NCBI GenBank assembly: GCA_005239895.1
Contig: SBBB01000025.1
Span: 98,170-162,169 of the forward strand
Source: a bacterium
Lineage (GTDB): Bacteria > Patescibacteriota > Patescibacteriia > SBBB01
Length of the DNA: 64,000 nucleotides
Reading direction: 5' to 3'
The translations under genes were made by a program, and so were the position numbers. How positions within the stretch are numbered: position 1 is the first letter of the stretch; each line of letters begins with the position of its first letter. This document shows positions 36,437 to 46,691 of the stretch, in pieces. The notes beneath the pieces are model-generated. The model was not told where the DNA came from. It worked only from the letters and a program-made list of their open reading frames with translations, and ran no database searches.

Positions 36437-37399
36437 ATGAAAATGGAAACATTTGTTGACAAGTTACAAAAATCAATGCAAGAGAAAAAAAGTGTTTTGT
36501 GTGTAGGACTCGATCCACAATTACGGTTTATGCCCCCGCATCTTATTGAAGCCGCTATAAAAAAACACGGAGAAACATGGGAAGCGGTAGCTGAAGTTTA
36601 TCGCATGTTTAATCACGACATCATACACGCCATTGCTCCGTATGCAGCTGCAGTTAAACTTCAAGCTGCATTTTACGAAGCAAGTTATCATCTCTGGAAG
36701 GTGCTTGAAATAACTATTAGATATGCTAAGAATAATAACCTAATAAAAATCACAGACGCCAAAAGAAACGACGGCGGAGACACAGCTAAAATATACGCCC
36801 AAACTCATATCGGAGAAATTCCGTTTTTTAATGAATTAACAAAACAAGCTCCGATTAGGGTCGATGCCGTAACTATCAACGGTTACATTGCTGACAGTTG
36901 CGTTCCTTATTTTGTAGATGAAATTAAAAAACATGGAACCGGAGCATTCGTGGTTGATAAAACATCATTTATTCCAAACTCGTCTATAGAAGGATTAATG
37001 ACAGAAAACGACCTCACTGTTTGGGAAGAAATGGCTTACAAGGTTGCTAAATGGGGAGAGGGCACTGAGGGTCAAAATGGTTATCGCAATCTAGGCGTTG
37101 TAATGGGTGCTACCTATCCAGAAGATGCTGAAAAAATGCGAGAAATCCTCCCCAAAGCAATTAAATTGGTCCCGGGATATGGAAAACAAGGTGGCGGAGC
37201 AGATGGCGCTGTAATGTCATTCAACGAAGATGGATTTGGCGCTATAGTGAATTCATCTCGAGGAATTATTGCAGCCTGGAAAGAAGGACCCTTTGCATGC
37301 GATCCAAGAGATTATACAAAGGCAGCCGCTCAAGCCGCACAAGCAGCTCGCGATGAACTCAATGAAGCTCTAAAACGAGCCAATAAATATCCGTTCTAA
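36437..37399 (+). CDS. pyrF: Orotidine 5'-phosphate decarboxylase (long, type 2 form)
   Basis: SVLCVGLDPQ motif near the N-terminus and KITDAKRNDGGDT, characteristic of family-2 OMP decarboxylases. Confidence 0.55.
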   Translation: MKMETFVDKLQKSMQEKKSVLCVGLDPQLRFMPPHLIEAAIKKHGETWEAVAEVYRMFNHDIIHAIAPYAAAVKLQAAFYEASYHLWKVLEITIRYAKNNNLIKITDAKRNDGGDTAKIYAQTHIGEIPFFNELTKQAPIRVDAVTINGYIADSCVPYFVDEIKKHGTGAFVVDKTSFIPNSSIEGLMTENDLTVWEEMAYKVAKWGEGTEGQNGYRNLGVVMGATYPEDAEKMREILPKAIKLVPGYGKQGGGADGAVMSFNEDGFGAIVNSSRGIIAAWKEGPFACDPRDYTKAAAQAAQAARDELNEALKRANKYPF

Positions 37400-37426
37400 A
37401 AAACGGACAATAAACCTACTAGAATC

Positions 37427-37462
37427 GGCGGCGCTAAAGTATCACAGCGCCGCTTTCATATT
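37427..37462. terminator. Bidirectional terminator hairpin GGCGGCGCT-AAAGTATCAC-AGCGCCGC followed by a T-tract
   Basis: Between the convergent pyrF and thyX-like genes; TTTCATATTTT follows. Confidence 0.5.
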
Positions 37463-37482
37463 TTAAAAAACTAAAAACTTAT

Positions 37483-39261
37483 TTACAACGAAGAAAGTTG
37501 TTCAATTTTCTTTTGAATTTTTTCTTCTTGACCGCGGCGAGCAAAATCATAATTACCTAAATTTGCCAACATGTATTCAGTGACCAAAGGATAAACTTTT
37601 TGTAATAATTTAAATTTTTCTTGTTCAATATATCTATAATCCGTATGACCTTCGGGAATAGTTCGAAGCTCAATTTCCCAAAAACATTCCCGTAAATTTT
37701 GGAATTGCATAAAACGAATACGATGTGCTAAACACGTCGCATATTGCGCCAACTCTAAATCGTGTTGCGCTATTTTATAATACAAATCCTCTACTTTATT
37801 TATAGCTGAAGAAAACTCGCTATCTAATTTAGATTTTATTAATTCTGGAGCTACGTCATAACTATGATCACAAGTAAAATTTTGCTTTTGTTGCGTAAGC
37901 ATACGATGACGGTGCAAATCGCGCCAAGCGCCCAAATTCATAACGATTTCAAATCTAACATAAATATTTTCAAAAGCTCGACTTACTTTTTGCCACCTAA
38001 ATTTCCTATCTTGTAAATGCACCTTTAAAATTTCTTTTTTCTCTTCAACTGTTAAAGCTTTAACGGTTTGCAAAATTTTATTCCACGAAAGATGATTATT
38101 TACAGCTGAATAAAGAATTCCCGTAATAATTTTATCTTCTCCGTCAGTGTCAAATTCAACTAACTGCACGCGCGGACCAGTTTCTACTTCTTTCAAACTA
38201 TCTTTAAATAACCCTTTTACTACTGGCACGGTTTGTTTATTTTTATGACTTAAATATTTTTGATACTCTTCAATCATGTCTTTTCTAGTTTCATCTTTAA
38301 TACGCCTTAAAAATGAAGGTGTAATTTTATTCAACTCTTGATAAGCCATTTCTCCTGCCCAACGAACTTCTCCTAAAGAATGCCCCAAAGAGCGATTGAT
38401 CATGTGCTCAAAAGATTGCCCGTTGCCAAAAAATGTTACTTGCGAAAGTGTGGCCATGGGCAAAAGCCCCCTTAAAATATCAAACGCCTTCTTTTCTACC
38501 ACGGATTTTTTTTCTTCAGGAAAACGATCTTGCAACCACGCGGAAAGTTTAGGTAAAAGATCAATATAAGTTTCAAATAAATTATCCATAACAGTTTTAT
38601 ACTCTGCATCTAATCCTATATCTTTGAGGGTTGGATCAATATAATACTGATATTGATTATTAATTTTTTGAGCATAATTAACATAGCGCGTGGATTTTTC
38701 AATCGGAGCCAAACCAATTCTCTGATCTTCAAAATGTTTAATCACAATTTGCGAAACCCCTGAAAAAGCAAGATGAGTACCTGCCATTTGCGCAATAGAA
38801 TCATCTCCGTACTGAGCCAACCATTTAATATAAAAAGAACGAGCGCGCGGATTAGCAAAAAACTCCAACAAAGAATGATCCTTAAAAAAATTTAAAAAAT
38901 CATAAAGTTCCTCGCCATATTTAATAGTAGCTTGCCAAGCTTCGCTGGTTTCATTCTCTTGTCGAACAGGATTTAAAAAAGGATCTATAAATTCACGCAA
39001 AAAAATATGTCGCAAATCCGTCGTGGCTCGACTGGATCGCGAACAAAGAGCGCCAATTAATTCGGGTGATAAAATTAGAGGCACATACACAGATTTGTCT
39101 AAATTAGTAAAAAACGGCTGTAAACGAAGCTTTTCTTTATCTGTATACTCGTCTTTTTGAAAAAGTGGTGCAAATTCTTCTAAAGAATGTTTATTAATCA
39201 TATAATTATTAGTACTATAGAATTTTTTAAACAAATTATCAAGATCTGGTGTTTTTGTCAC
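37483..39261 (-). CDS. thyX: FAD-dependent thymidylate synthase ThyX-like protein (long form)
   Basis: AWRDLHRHRMLTQQKQNFT contains the ThyX RHR-x7-S signature. At 592 aa it is about twice the canonical length. tmk and xth are nearby. Confidence 0.5.
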   Translation of the reverse strand: MTKTPDLDNLFKKFYSTNNYMINKHSLEEFAPLFQKDEYTDKEKLRLQPFFTNLDKSVYVPLILSPELIGALCSRSSRATTDLRHIFLREFIDPFLNPVRQENETSEAWQATIKYGEELYDFLNFFKDHSLLEFFANPRARSFYIKWLAQYGDDSIAQMAGTHLAFSGVSQIVIKHFEDQRIGLAPIEKSTRYVNYAQKINNQYQYYIDPTLKDIGLDAEYKTVMDNLFETYIDLLPKLSAWLQDRFPEEKKSVVEKKAFDILRGLLPMATLSQVTFFGNGQSFEHMINRSLGHSLGEVRWAGEMAYQELNKITPSFLRRIKDETRKDMIEEYQKYLSHKNKQTVPVVKGLFKDSLKEVETGPRVQLVEFDTDGEDKIITGILYSAVNNHLSWNKILQTVKALTVEEKKEILKVHLQDRKFRWQKVSRAFENIYVRFEIVMNLGAWRDLHRHRMLTQQKQNFTCDHSYDVAPELIKSKLDSEFSSAINKVEDLYYKIAQHDLELAQYATCLAHRIRFMQFQNLRECFWEIELRTIPEGHTDYRYIEQEKFKLLQKVYPLVTEYMLANLGNYDFARRGQEEKIQKKIEQLSSL

Positions 39262-39268
39262 CCTAGTT

Positions 39269-40042
39269 CTATTTGATTAATAACCAAACTGGACAATGGT
39301 CGGATCCAAAATAATGATTCATAATACCAATATCATTAATTTTAGAAATAATGTTAGCGTCCGCGAAAAAATAATCTATACGCCAACCAATGTTTCTATC
39401 TCTCGCAAATGTTTTCATATCCCAATAAGTATAAGCATCTTTTTGATGGGGATAAAATTTTCTAAATACATCTATAAATTCATTCGCAACTACTTTATCA
39501 ATCCACGCGCGCTCTACGGGTAAAAAACCAGTGTTGTGTTCATTATCTTTAGGCCGAGCTAAATCCATTGGCGTGTGCGCGGTATTAATATCTCCACAAA
39601 AAATCACCCGCTCCCCTTTTTCTCTTAATTTCAAAATAAAATTTAAAAAAGCATCATAAAATTCTAATTTATATCGTAAACGCTCTGGACCTTGCCCGCC
39701 ATTAGGACAATAAATATTTATTAAAGTAAAATTTTTATATTTAGCAATAATCACCCGCCCCTCTTCGTCAAACTTTTTAATACCAATTCCGTACAAAACC
39801 TCTTGGGGTTTTTCTTTAGTATAAATTGCCACACCACTATAGCCTTTTTTAATCTCCGAAGAAGAAAAATATGAAGTATATCCTACTACATCTTTTATAA
39901 ACACATCTAATTGCTCAGGGCTAGCCTTGGTTTCTTGTAAACAAACAATATCGGGTTTAAAATCTTTAAATAACGGATCAAAAAAACCTTGCTTAACAGT
40001 CGCTCTTAAACCATTAGTGTTCCAAGAAATAATTTTTAACAT
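39269..40042 (-). CDS. xth: Exodeoxyribonuclease III (Xth/ExoA family)
   Basis: MLKIISWNTNGLRA...CLQETK...GDINTAHTPMDL...SDHCPV are Exo III motifs. The ORF-track N-terminus (MCTLLDSRLRGNDREK...) is read-through into the MITE TIR, so the start is set at the internal Met. Confidence 0.85.
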   Translation of the reverse strand: MLKIISWNTNGLRATVKQGFFDPLFKDFKPDIVCLQETKASPEQLDVFIKDVVGYTSYFSSSEIKKGYSGVAIYTKEKPQEVLYGIGIKKFDEEGRVIIAKYKNFTLINIYCPNGGQGPERLRYKLEFYDAFLNFILKLREKGERVIFCGDINTAHTPMDLARPKDNEHNTGFLPVERAWIDKVVANEFIDVFRKFYPHQKDAYTYWDMKTFARDRNIGWRIDYFFADANIISKINDIGIMNHYFGSDHCPVWLLIK

Positions 40043-40100
40043 AGTGTTATTTAAAATTTTTAATATATAATTTATACATTGTTGTGTTTCTACCTTCTCC

Positions 40101-40334
40101 CTGTCATTCCCGCGCAGGCGGGAATCCAGGAGCGTGCACATTTATCACCCTTGATCAAATTAATGTTAACATTAAACTACAACTACAATCCAGTAATTAA
40201 TTTTTTACAATATATTTTTTCAAATAAATCTAAAATCTATATTATTTTTATTGGTTAAAAATATATAATCGGTATTATTTGAACAAACCTGGATTCCCGC
40301 CTGCGCGGGAATGACAAAAAAATAGGAATGACGG
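40101..40334. mobile_element. MITE-like element copy 3 (TIR variant CGCGCAGGCGGG with matching compensatory change in the right TIR)
   Basis: Left TIR 40101-40130, right TIR 40289-40318 followed by AAAAAATAGGAATGAC as in copy 1. Internal TAATGTTAACATTAAACTACAA is shared with copies 1 and 2. Confidence 0.65.
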
Positions 40335-40360
40335 AAAAACCTTAATTCATAAATCTTATC

Positions 40361-41047
40361 CTACTCCTTGCTCACCACCATAATAGCATTTTTAGATGAC
40401 AGGTTTTTAATTTTAGGGTTAGGCACGCTGGTTGGATAATTATACAAAGCATTCATAAAAACATTATATTTATAACGATAACCCTGGCCGCGTTTTGTGC
40501 CAACATCGTTAGTTATAAATTCTTGTTTTTTATTATCATATCCAATAATAACTAACATGTGTTTTTCAGGGCCAGCTCCGCTATAATATTTGTTTTTTAG
40601 CTTTTGACCGTTCACAGGTGCAATAATTAAACTGCCATTTTTTAAAATATTCTTAATATCACTTACACTGACATTTTCTTTTGTAGTGACAGCATTGTAC
40701 TTAAAAAATTCTTTCATTAAAATCGCTGTGTCAACCACAGATGTATCTTTAGAAGTGCCAAATCTTTTTTGAGAATATTTAGATAAATCTGACATGGTCT
40801 TCTCTGCATACTTTAAATTTATCAAACCTATACCCTGAACCCAACTCATAGCAATTAAAATAGAAGCCTCTTCACACCCATTTTGCTGATCTGGGTTTTT
40901 CCAATCACCAAATGGTGCTTGGGACACAAATGGCGCAGAAATAATAACCTTACTACTATCAATAGTGCCAGAAACAACACCGGTCGCAAACAAACCGGTC
41001 AATAAAATTAAACCTAATCCTATTATTTTGTTCATCATATACCGCAA
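40361..41047 (-). CDS. Secreted papain-like cysteine peptidase, C39-like (Peptidase_C39_2) domain
   Basis: Signal peptide; QQNGCEEASILIAMSWV catalytic Cys context; downstream His. Confidence 0.55.
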   Translation of the reverse strand: MRYMMNKIIGLGLILLTGLFATGVVSGTIDSSKVIISAPFVSQAPFGDWKNPDQQNGCEEASILIAMSWVQGIGLINLKYAEKTMSDLSKYSQKRFGTSKDTSVVDTAILMKEFFKYNAVTTKENVSVSDIKNILKNGSLIIAPVNGQKLKNKYYSGAGPEKHMLVIIGYDNKKQEFITNDVGTKRGQGYRYKYNVFMNALYNYPTSVPNPKIKNLSSKNAIMVVSKE

Positions 41048-41054
41048 TTATATC

Positions 41055-41101
41055 ATTTTATTACTAAAAAGAGATGCCCGCAACTAATGAACGTTGCGGG
41101 C
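41055..41101 (-). terminator. Rho-independent terminator (GCCCGCAAC...GTTGCGGGC plus T-run on the minus strand)
   Basis: Minus-strand reading gives GCCCGCAACGTTCATTAGTTGCGGGCATCTCTTTTTAG. Confidence 0.5.
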
Positions 41102-41127
41102 AATATTATGAATTGAACATATTCTAA

Positions 41128-41328
41128 TCAAATGCCTTGCCGCCAACCTGGATTGTAAAATTGGTCACGGAGCACATCTTGCGTACTGTGAGTATCATTA
41201 AGTAAAATATCCACGCGCAATACTTCTTCACTTATTACTGTAAAATAAGTCTTGAACCCCACGCCTTCTTCACAAATAACGCAATCAATTTTAGTCTGCA
41301 ATCTTGTTAATGCGGTTTCTGTAATCAT
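41128..41328 (-). CDS. Small hypothetical protein (66 aa, CVICEEG)
   Basis: ORF followed by a terminator; no family recognised. Confidence 0.35.
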   Translation of the reverse strand: MITETALTRLQTKIDCVICEEGVGFKTYFTVISEEVLRVDILLNDTHSTQDVLRDQFYNPGWRQGI

Positions 41329-41600
41329 GCTTCTCCTCCTTTTGTGGCTTGATGTTTATTCTGCTAATATGCAAAACGCTATTTGTTTTAGCTTTTGCTA
41401 ACAACAAAAACCAGCCCTAGCAGTGAAGGACTGGCTTTTGTTCTTAAATGAAGTTATTTTAAAAACACGAAGTCAAACCTCCACTTTTAGCGAGGCTGAT
41501 ACATAAACTAATAATACTGCTAAACTGTTTTGTATTCTTCGTATTTTTACACATAATTCTAATTATATAATAAAACCGTTGATATTGTCAAGAGCAACAA

Positions 41601-42515
41601 TTAAACCTGTGTTAACCAATCTGAATGTTCAGCTTGTTCGCCACGAACAATTTCAAAAAACGCTTGTTGTAGGGTTTTGGTAACTGGACCAGGTTTTCCA
41701 TTACCTATAACTCTTCCGTCAACTTCGCTAATCGGAGTTACCTCAGCCGCCGTACCTGTAAAAAATGCTTCATCAGCTAAATAAAGTTCATCTCTAGTAA
41801 ACCGTTCTTCTTTAACTGTAAAGTTATACTTTTTAGCTAAACACAATATTGTATCCCGCGTAATACCTTCTAAAACAGATGTTAAGGGTGTAGTTTTTAA
41901 TACTCCCTTGCGTACAATAAAAAGGTTTTCTCCCGGACCTTCGGCCACAAAACCATCTGTATCTAACATAATAGCTTCGGTATAACCAGCATTAATAGCT
42001 TCTTTTTTAGCTAATTGAGAATTAACATAACTACCTGTAACCTTGGCATGCGACATACTAGAGTTAACATGATGACGAACAAATGATGAAATACCAACCC
42101 TAATACCATTTTGCAAACCATCTTCACCCAAATAAGTCCCCCATGGCCATGCAGCTATAGTTAAATTAACAGGACTATTTTTTACATAGAGACCCATTTC
42201 ACCATAACCAATAAAAGCAATTGGTCTAATATAACCTTCTTCTAATTTATTCACGCGAACGGTTTCAATAATAGCATTTTCAATCTCTGTCACTGTAAAT
42301 GGAATTTTTATTTGAACAATATGGGCCGAACCTAAAAGACGGCTAACATGTTCTTTGAGTCTAAATATGGCTGTTCCGGTTTTTCCTTTATAACAGCGAA
42401 TACCTTCAAATACCCCCAGTCCATAATGAAGCGTGTGAGTTAAAACATGAACTGTTGCCTCTTTCCAAGGAACAAATTTTCCATCCATCCAAATATAATC
42501 AGTTTCTTTTAACAT
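41601..42515 (-). CDS. ilvE: Branched-chain amino acid aminotransferase
   Basis: Full-length class IV aminotransferase pattern ([25 protein letters not shown]). Confidence 0.9.
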   Translation of the reverse strand: MLKETDYIWMDGKFVPWKEATVHVLTHTLHYGLGVFEGIRCYKGKTGTAIFRLKEHVSRLLGSAHIVQIKIPFTVTEIENAIIETVRVNKLEEGYIRPIAFIGYGEMGLYVKNSPVNLTIAAWPWGTYLGEDGLQNGIRVGISSFVRHHVNSSMSHAKVTGSYVNSQLAKKEAINAGYTEAIMLDTDGFVAEGPGENLFIVRKGVLKTTPLTSVLEGITRDTILCLAKKYNFTVKEERFTRDELYLADEAFFTGTAAEVTPISEVDGRVIGNGKPGPVTKTLQQAFFEIVRGEQAEHSDWLTQV

Positions 42516-42604
42516 AAATGCAAATAAATTTTTAAAGACTTAAATAAGTTTTGTCTAATTAAATTAATTTATCACTCAATATGTGTACTGTCAATTTTAA
42601 TACC

Positions 42605-42679
42605 AATCATTTAGTACCGCTACCGGGATTTGAACCCGGGTTCTTAGGCTGAGAACCTAATGTCCTAGACCAGGCTAGA
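42605..42679 (-). tRNA. tRNA-Glu (anticodon CTC)
   Basis: Reverse complement GCCGCTATCGTCTAGCCTGGTCTAGGACATTAGGTTCTCAGCCTAAGAACCCGGGTTCAAATCCCGGTAGCGGTA. Anticodon stem TTAGG/CCTAA with loop TTCTCAG. Confidence 0.75.
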
Positions 42680-42698
42680 CGATAGCGGCAAATATTTT

Positions 42699-43484
42699 TT
42701 AACTAACTACAGAATCACTGTCGTTCTTTTTAAACACTTCAATAATATCAATTAAGTTTAAATTCAAATGTAAACCACACGCTATACTCATAATAGCATT
42801 ATTCACACTTAAATTACCCGATCTAGATTGTAGCACAACAGGCACAACGCTACCATGATAATGCATCTTAAAAGTAGTATAATCAACTTCTCCAGTCTCT
42901 TCTTTGGTGTGAGTATTTATATTACTAGCCATTATAAATGCTTCGCTATTTAGAGAACACGGCAACTGCTGAATGTTAATTTTATTTACAATTTTTATAA
43001 TCTGCTCATCGTCTTTGTTGTAAACAAGGATTGAATCTTTAGAAACCGAATGTAAAAGTTTTTGAATCTCAATTTTCATCGGATTTAAATCTAAACACTG
43101 ATTATCATTTAACATAGAAGACAATATCACAATGCATTTTGCATCTTTTGTAATTTTAGAAATTAAATCTAATTGCTCGTTCTTAATTTCTAAAATTAAA
43201 ATATCGGGATAAACTACCTTACGAAATATTTTTAAAAATACAAGCCTTAGTAAAACTAAACCTATCCAAAACTTATTTTTATAATGTTGACTCAGATTGG
43301 AGAGAGCGGAAAAAATTTCGGTTTCAGAACGACCATCCTCGTAAACATTAGATTGCGTGGTTAAGTTATTCCTGCGAAATATATCTGTGAGCATAGACGC
43401 AATGGAATTTATTCCCTCCGACCCTAACACTAAAATTATTTGGGGTTGATATTTACGAATAATTATTTTAGATAAAAAAATCAT
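42699..43484 (-). CDS. Mur-ligase-like protein, short, with a degenerate P-loop (GSEG in place of GxNGKT); possible inactive or pseudogenised MurE/MurF homologue
   Basis: ILVLGSEGINSIASML, ILEIKNEQLD and a HYHGSVVPVVLQSRSGNLSVNNAIMSIA pattern resemble Mur ligase core regions. It sits where murE usually follows ftsI. Confidence 0.4.
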   Translation of the reverse strand: MIFLSKIIIRKYQPQIILVLGSEGINSIASMLTDIFRRNNLTTQSNVYEDGRSETEIFSALSNLSQHYKNKFWIGLVLLRLVFLKIFRKVVYPDILILEIKNEQLDLISKITKDAKCIVILSSMLNDNQCLDLNPMKIEIQKLLHSVSKDSILVYNKDDEQIIKIVNKINIQQLPCSLNSEAFIMASNINTHTKEETGEVDYTTFKMHYHGSVVPVVLQSRSGNLSVNNAIMSIACGLHLNLNLIDIIEVFKKNDSDSVVS

Positions 43485-43569
43485 ATCAAAAAATGATAAA
43501 TATTAATCTAATACCATCTTTTCATTCACTTTTCATCCACGCACCAGAGGACCACAGACCCATAGTGCT

Positions 43570-45381
43570 TCACTTTCGATCGGGTGGAATCTCGTAATAC
43601 TCTAACATAAACTTCATTAATTGACCAAATAATGGCGCCGCAGAACTTTCCGCAAATTTTACCTTTTGTGGATTGTCAATTTTAACCAACATAACAATTT
43701 TAGGATTACTCAGTGGCCCAAAACCAACAAAAGACCCAATAACATTATCTTCATCATAGCCAGCAGCATTTTTCTTGGGTACTTGGGCTGTACCGGTCTT
43801 ACCTGCAATATAATACCCTGGCACACCCGCAGCTTTACCATGACCATTATCCACAACTGATACCATCATAGCAGATAAAATATTAGCGGTTGACTTAGAA
43901 ATAGGTGTCCGAACCTTTAAGGGATTGTTCCTTATTATTGAACCATTACTTTTACGAATTTCTTTAACTAGATAGGGTTTCATTAATTGACCATCATTAG
44001 CAATGGCTCCATAAGCCATTAACATTTGCAAAGGGGTGACAGTTACACCCTGTCCAAAAGAAGCTGTGGCATGATAAATTTCTGGGGTTTCATCCAGGGC
44101 TTTTATATTTCCTTTGGTTTCACCATACAAACTAATATCAGTTACAGCACCAAATCCAAAATCTTGAGTATATTTTTTTAAAATATCAACCCCGACCAAA
44201 CGCATAATAAAAATCACACCCGTATTAAGCGATTTTTCCAAAACTTGCGTCATAGTTTGAACACCGTGCGCTTTCTTATCTGAATTTTGAACAACATGCC
44301 CACTAATCTTAAGCTTTCCCCTGTCTTCGTAAGTTGTGTTGGCAGTAATTTTACTAACATCTAAACCAGCCGCCAAGGTTATAGGTTTAAAAATTGAACC
44401 TGGTTCATATTGATCAAATATCGCCGGATTGTTAAATAGGTTTAAATTTTTTACATATCTATATTCATTGGGGTCATAATTGGGAACACTGCACATAGCC
44501 AAAATAGCTCCAGTTTGAGGATCTCCAACCAAAACCGTACCAGACCTTGCCTCATGTTTTTTAACCCATAATTCTAAATCTTGGCAAACCTTAACTTGCA
44601 AATTATAATCAATAGTTAAAATTAAATCATCTCCATCTACAGGTGGCATAATTTCTTTATTCTCAAAAGCTATCCAAGTCCCTGAAGGATCTTTTTCAGC
44701 GCGGGAAAAACCGTCTTTACCTTTTAGGGTGTCTTCAAAATAATATTCAATACCATATCTTCCAACTTTTCCGTTTTCACTATCTCCCACAAATCCTAAA
44801 ACCTGCCCAGCTTTATTATGTAAAGGATAATAACGCCAAACTTCCGAACTCAAATATATGCCTTGCAAATTTAATTTGCTAATTTTTTGCGTTTCTTCTA
44901 AAGATAATTTATTTTTAATAACAATATATTCTTTATCTTTAGATTGTAAATTCGCCAACACCTCCTCAGTTTTTAAATCTAATACTTGATTTAGAGTTTT
45001 AGCAGCACTAATAGGATTTTTAATTACTTGAGGGTTGGCCCACACCAACCCATAATCACGATTGATAGCAGTTGGATATAAATTCTTTCCATAACGAAAT
45101 ATAGATAGTTTTAAGTCTGTAGTCACAATCTCTTTCGGATTTTGAAAAAAAATTTCACCGCGCTTAGGTTTTAAAATTTTGTATAAATCATGTTGACTCG
45201 CGGCTTTATTGCGATATATTTCATAATTTAAAACTTGTAATCTAAATAAATGAATAATAATAATAACTCCCACCACCATCCAAATACATATAAAAAAATA
45301 TAATCGTCGGTCAGACTTCCTATTAGTCATAAATATGCAATATAATACCGTTAGATTGAAGATGTTGAAATAATTCAACAA
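43570..45381 (-). CDS. ftsI: Penicillin-binding protein 2/3 (FtsI-type transpeptidase)
   Basis: N-terminal TM, PBP dimerisation region, SxxK (GSIFKP), SxN and KTG(T) motifs. Confidence 0.85.
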   Translation of the reverse strand: MLNYFNIFNLTVLYCIFMTNRKSDRRLYFFICIWMVVGVIIIIHLFRLQVLNYEIYRNKAASQHDLYKILKPKRGEIFFQNPKEIVTTDLKLSIFRYGKNLYPTAINRDYGLVWANPQVIKNPISAAKTLNQVLDLKTEEVLANLQSKDKEYIVIKNKLSLEETQKISKLNLQGIYLSSEVWRYYPLHNKAGQVLGFVGDSENGKVGRYGIEYYFEDTLKGKDGFSRAEKDPSGTWIAFENKEIMPPVDGDDLILTIDYNLQVKVCQDLELWVKKHEARSGTVLVGDPQTGAILAMCSVPNYDPNEYRYVKNLNLFNNPAIFDQYEPGSIFKPITLAAGLDVSKITANTTYEDRGKLKISGHVVQNSDKKAHGVQTMTQVLEKSLNTGVIFIMRLVGVDILKKYTQDFGFGAVTDISLYGETKGNIKALDETPEIYHATASFGQGVTVTPLQMLMAYGAIANDGQLMKPYLVKEIRKSNGSIIRNNPLKVRTPISKSTANILSAMMVSVVDNGHGKAAGVPGYYIAGKTGTAQVPKKNAAGYDEDNVIGSFVGFGPLSNPKIVMLVKIDNPQKVKFAESSAAPLFGQLMKFMLEYYEIPPDRK

Positions 45382-45744
45382 TTATTTACGAGCTATTTCT
45401 TCAGCGACATGCGCAGTAATATATTTAAAAGTTGATTTTTCAGTTAATTGTACAGATGACATGACCGCTTGATTTAAAGTAACAGCTTGAAGTTGAATTA
45501 TTTTTAATTCTAAATTTTTATTCTCTTGCAATAAATTAACTTTATCTTTCTCTAAAGACCTAAGACGATATCCATTTATCGCTAAGTTATTAACCATTAA
45601 AATATATAATATACTAATGGCTACGATACTCAATAAAATAGCAACCTTGCTTCGCAAATTCAGGGGTTGTTTGCGAGCTAGAGGCAGAGCTTTAATAAAC
45701 AATGCGCGATTAACAAATTGTTGATTCAAAGCATAGTTAGACAT
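45382..45744 (-). CDS. ftsL: Cell division protein FtsL-like
   Basis: 120-aa bitopic protein with TM plus coiled coil (LQENKNLELKIIQLQ), positioned between rsmH and ftsI. Confidence 0.6.
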   Translation of the reverse strand: MSNYALNQQFVNRALFIKALPLARKQPLNLRSKVAILLSIVAISILYILMVNNLAINGYRLRSLEKDKVNLLQENKNLELKIIQLQAVTLNQAVMSSVQLTEKSTFKYITAHVAEEIARK

Positions 45745-45745
45745 A

Positions 45746-46681
45746 TTATATTTTTTCAGCTACTCTTAATTTGGCGCTTCTACTTCTGGGATTCGCTTGA
45801 ATTTCTTCTAAAGTGGCTGTAACTGGTTTTTTAGTAATAATTTTTAAACTAGATTTATGATTACAAACGCAAACCATAAACATGCTAGGACAAATACAAT
45901 CCATACTTTCGGTTTTAAAAAACTTTTTCACAATTCGATCTTCTAAAGAATGAAAAGATATAACCGCTACCCTACCACCGACAACTAATAAATTTAATAT
46001 TTGCGATAAAACTGAAGTTAAGTTATCTAGCTCCTGATTAACAGCAATTCTTAAAGCTTGGAACACTCTCGTGGCTGGATGTATTTTTTGATGTAAATAA
46101 CGGGCGGGAACCGATGAAGTAATCACTCGAACCAAATCTTGGGTGGTTAAAATTTTATTAACCTGTCTTTCCTTAACAATATTTCTAGCAATAGATCGGG
46201 AATATCTTTCTTCGCCATACTTCCAAAAAATATCCGCTAAATCAACTTCACGAAACGTATTAATAATTTCACTAGCTGTTAATATATTTGAATTTGATAA
46301 ATTGTTAGTTAAGTAACGCATATCTAAATAACTATTACTTTGAAAACTAAATCCTCGCTCACTATCCGCCAACTGTTCAGATGATAATCCTAAATCTAGC
46401 AATACGCCGTTTAGGCTTCTAAAATTTAATCGCTCCGCAATGCAGCTTAGGTTTTTATAATTATCACAGACTAAATATAAATTATCTGGTTTACCTTGCT
46501 GCGTGGCACGATCTATATTTTTAGAATCCCAGTCTATACTTAATAACTTACCCGACTTACCTACTCTCTTTAAAATTTCTTTACTATGTCCGCCCGAACC
46601 ATAAGTACAATCTACAAATTCATTACCTTCAGCTGGAGCTAAATATTGCAATACTTCTTTCAATAAAACCGGAGTGTGCAT
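45746..46681 (-). CDS. rsmH: 16S rRNA (cytosine1402-N4)-methyltransferase RsmH (MraW)
   Basis: MHTPVLLKEVL, DCTYGSGGHS and GGRVAVISFHSLEDRIVK motifs. Confidence 0.9.
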   Translation of the reverse strand: MHTPVLLKEVLQYLAPAEGNEFVDCTYGSGGHSKEILKRVGKSGKLLSIDWDSKNIDRATQQGKPDNLYLVCDNYKNLSCIAERLNFRSLNGVLLDLGLSSEQLADSERGFSFQSNSYLDMRYLTNNLSNSNILTASEIINTFREVDLADIFWKYGEERYSRSIARNIVKERQVNKILTTQDLVRVITSSVPARYLHQKIHPATRVFQALRIAVNQELDNLTSVLSQILNLLVVGGRVAVISFHSLEDRIVKKFFKTESMDCICPSMFMVCVCNHKSSLKIITKKPVTATLEEIQANPRSRSAKLRVAEKI

Positions 46682-46691
46682 TTCTGAATAA

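Noticed and set aside
40043-40141. N-terminal 33 aa of the ORF-track xth call (MCTLLDSRLRGNDREKVETQQ...)
   Set aside because: This stretch is translated from the MITE TIR at 40101-40130. Exo III homology begins at the internal Met (MLKIISWNTNG), so the CDS start was moved to 40042.
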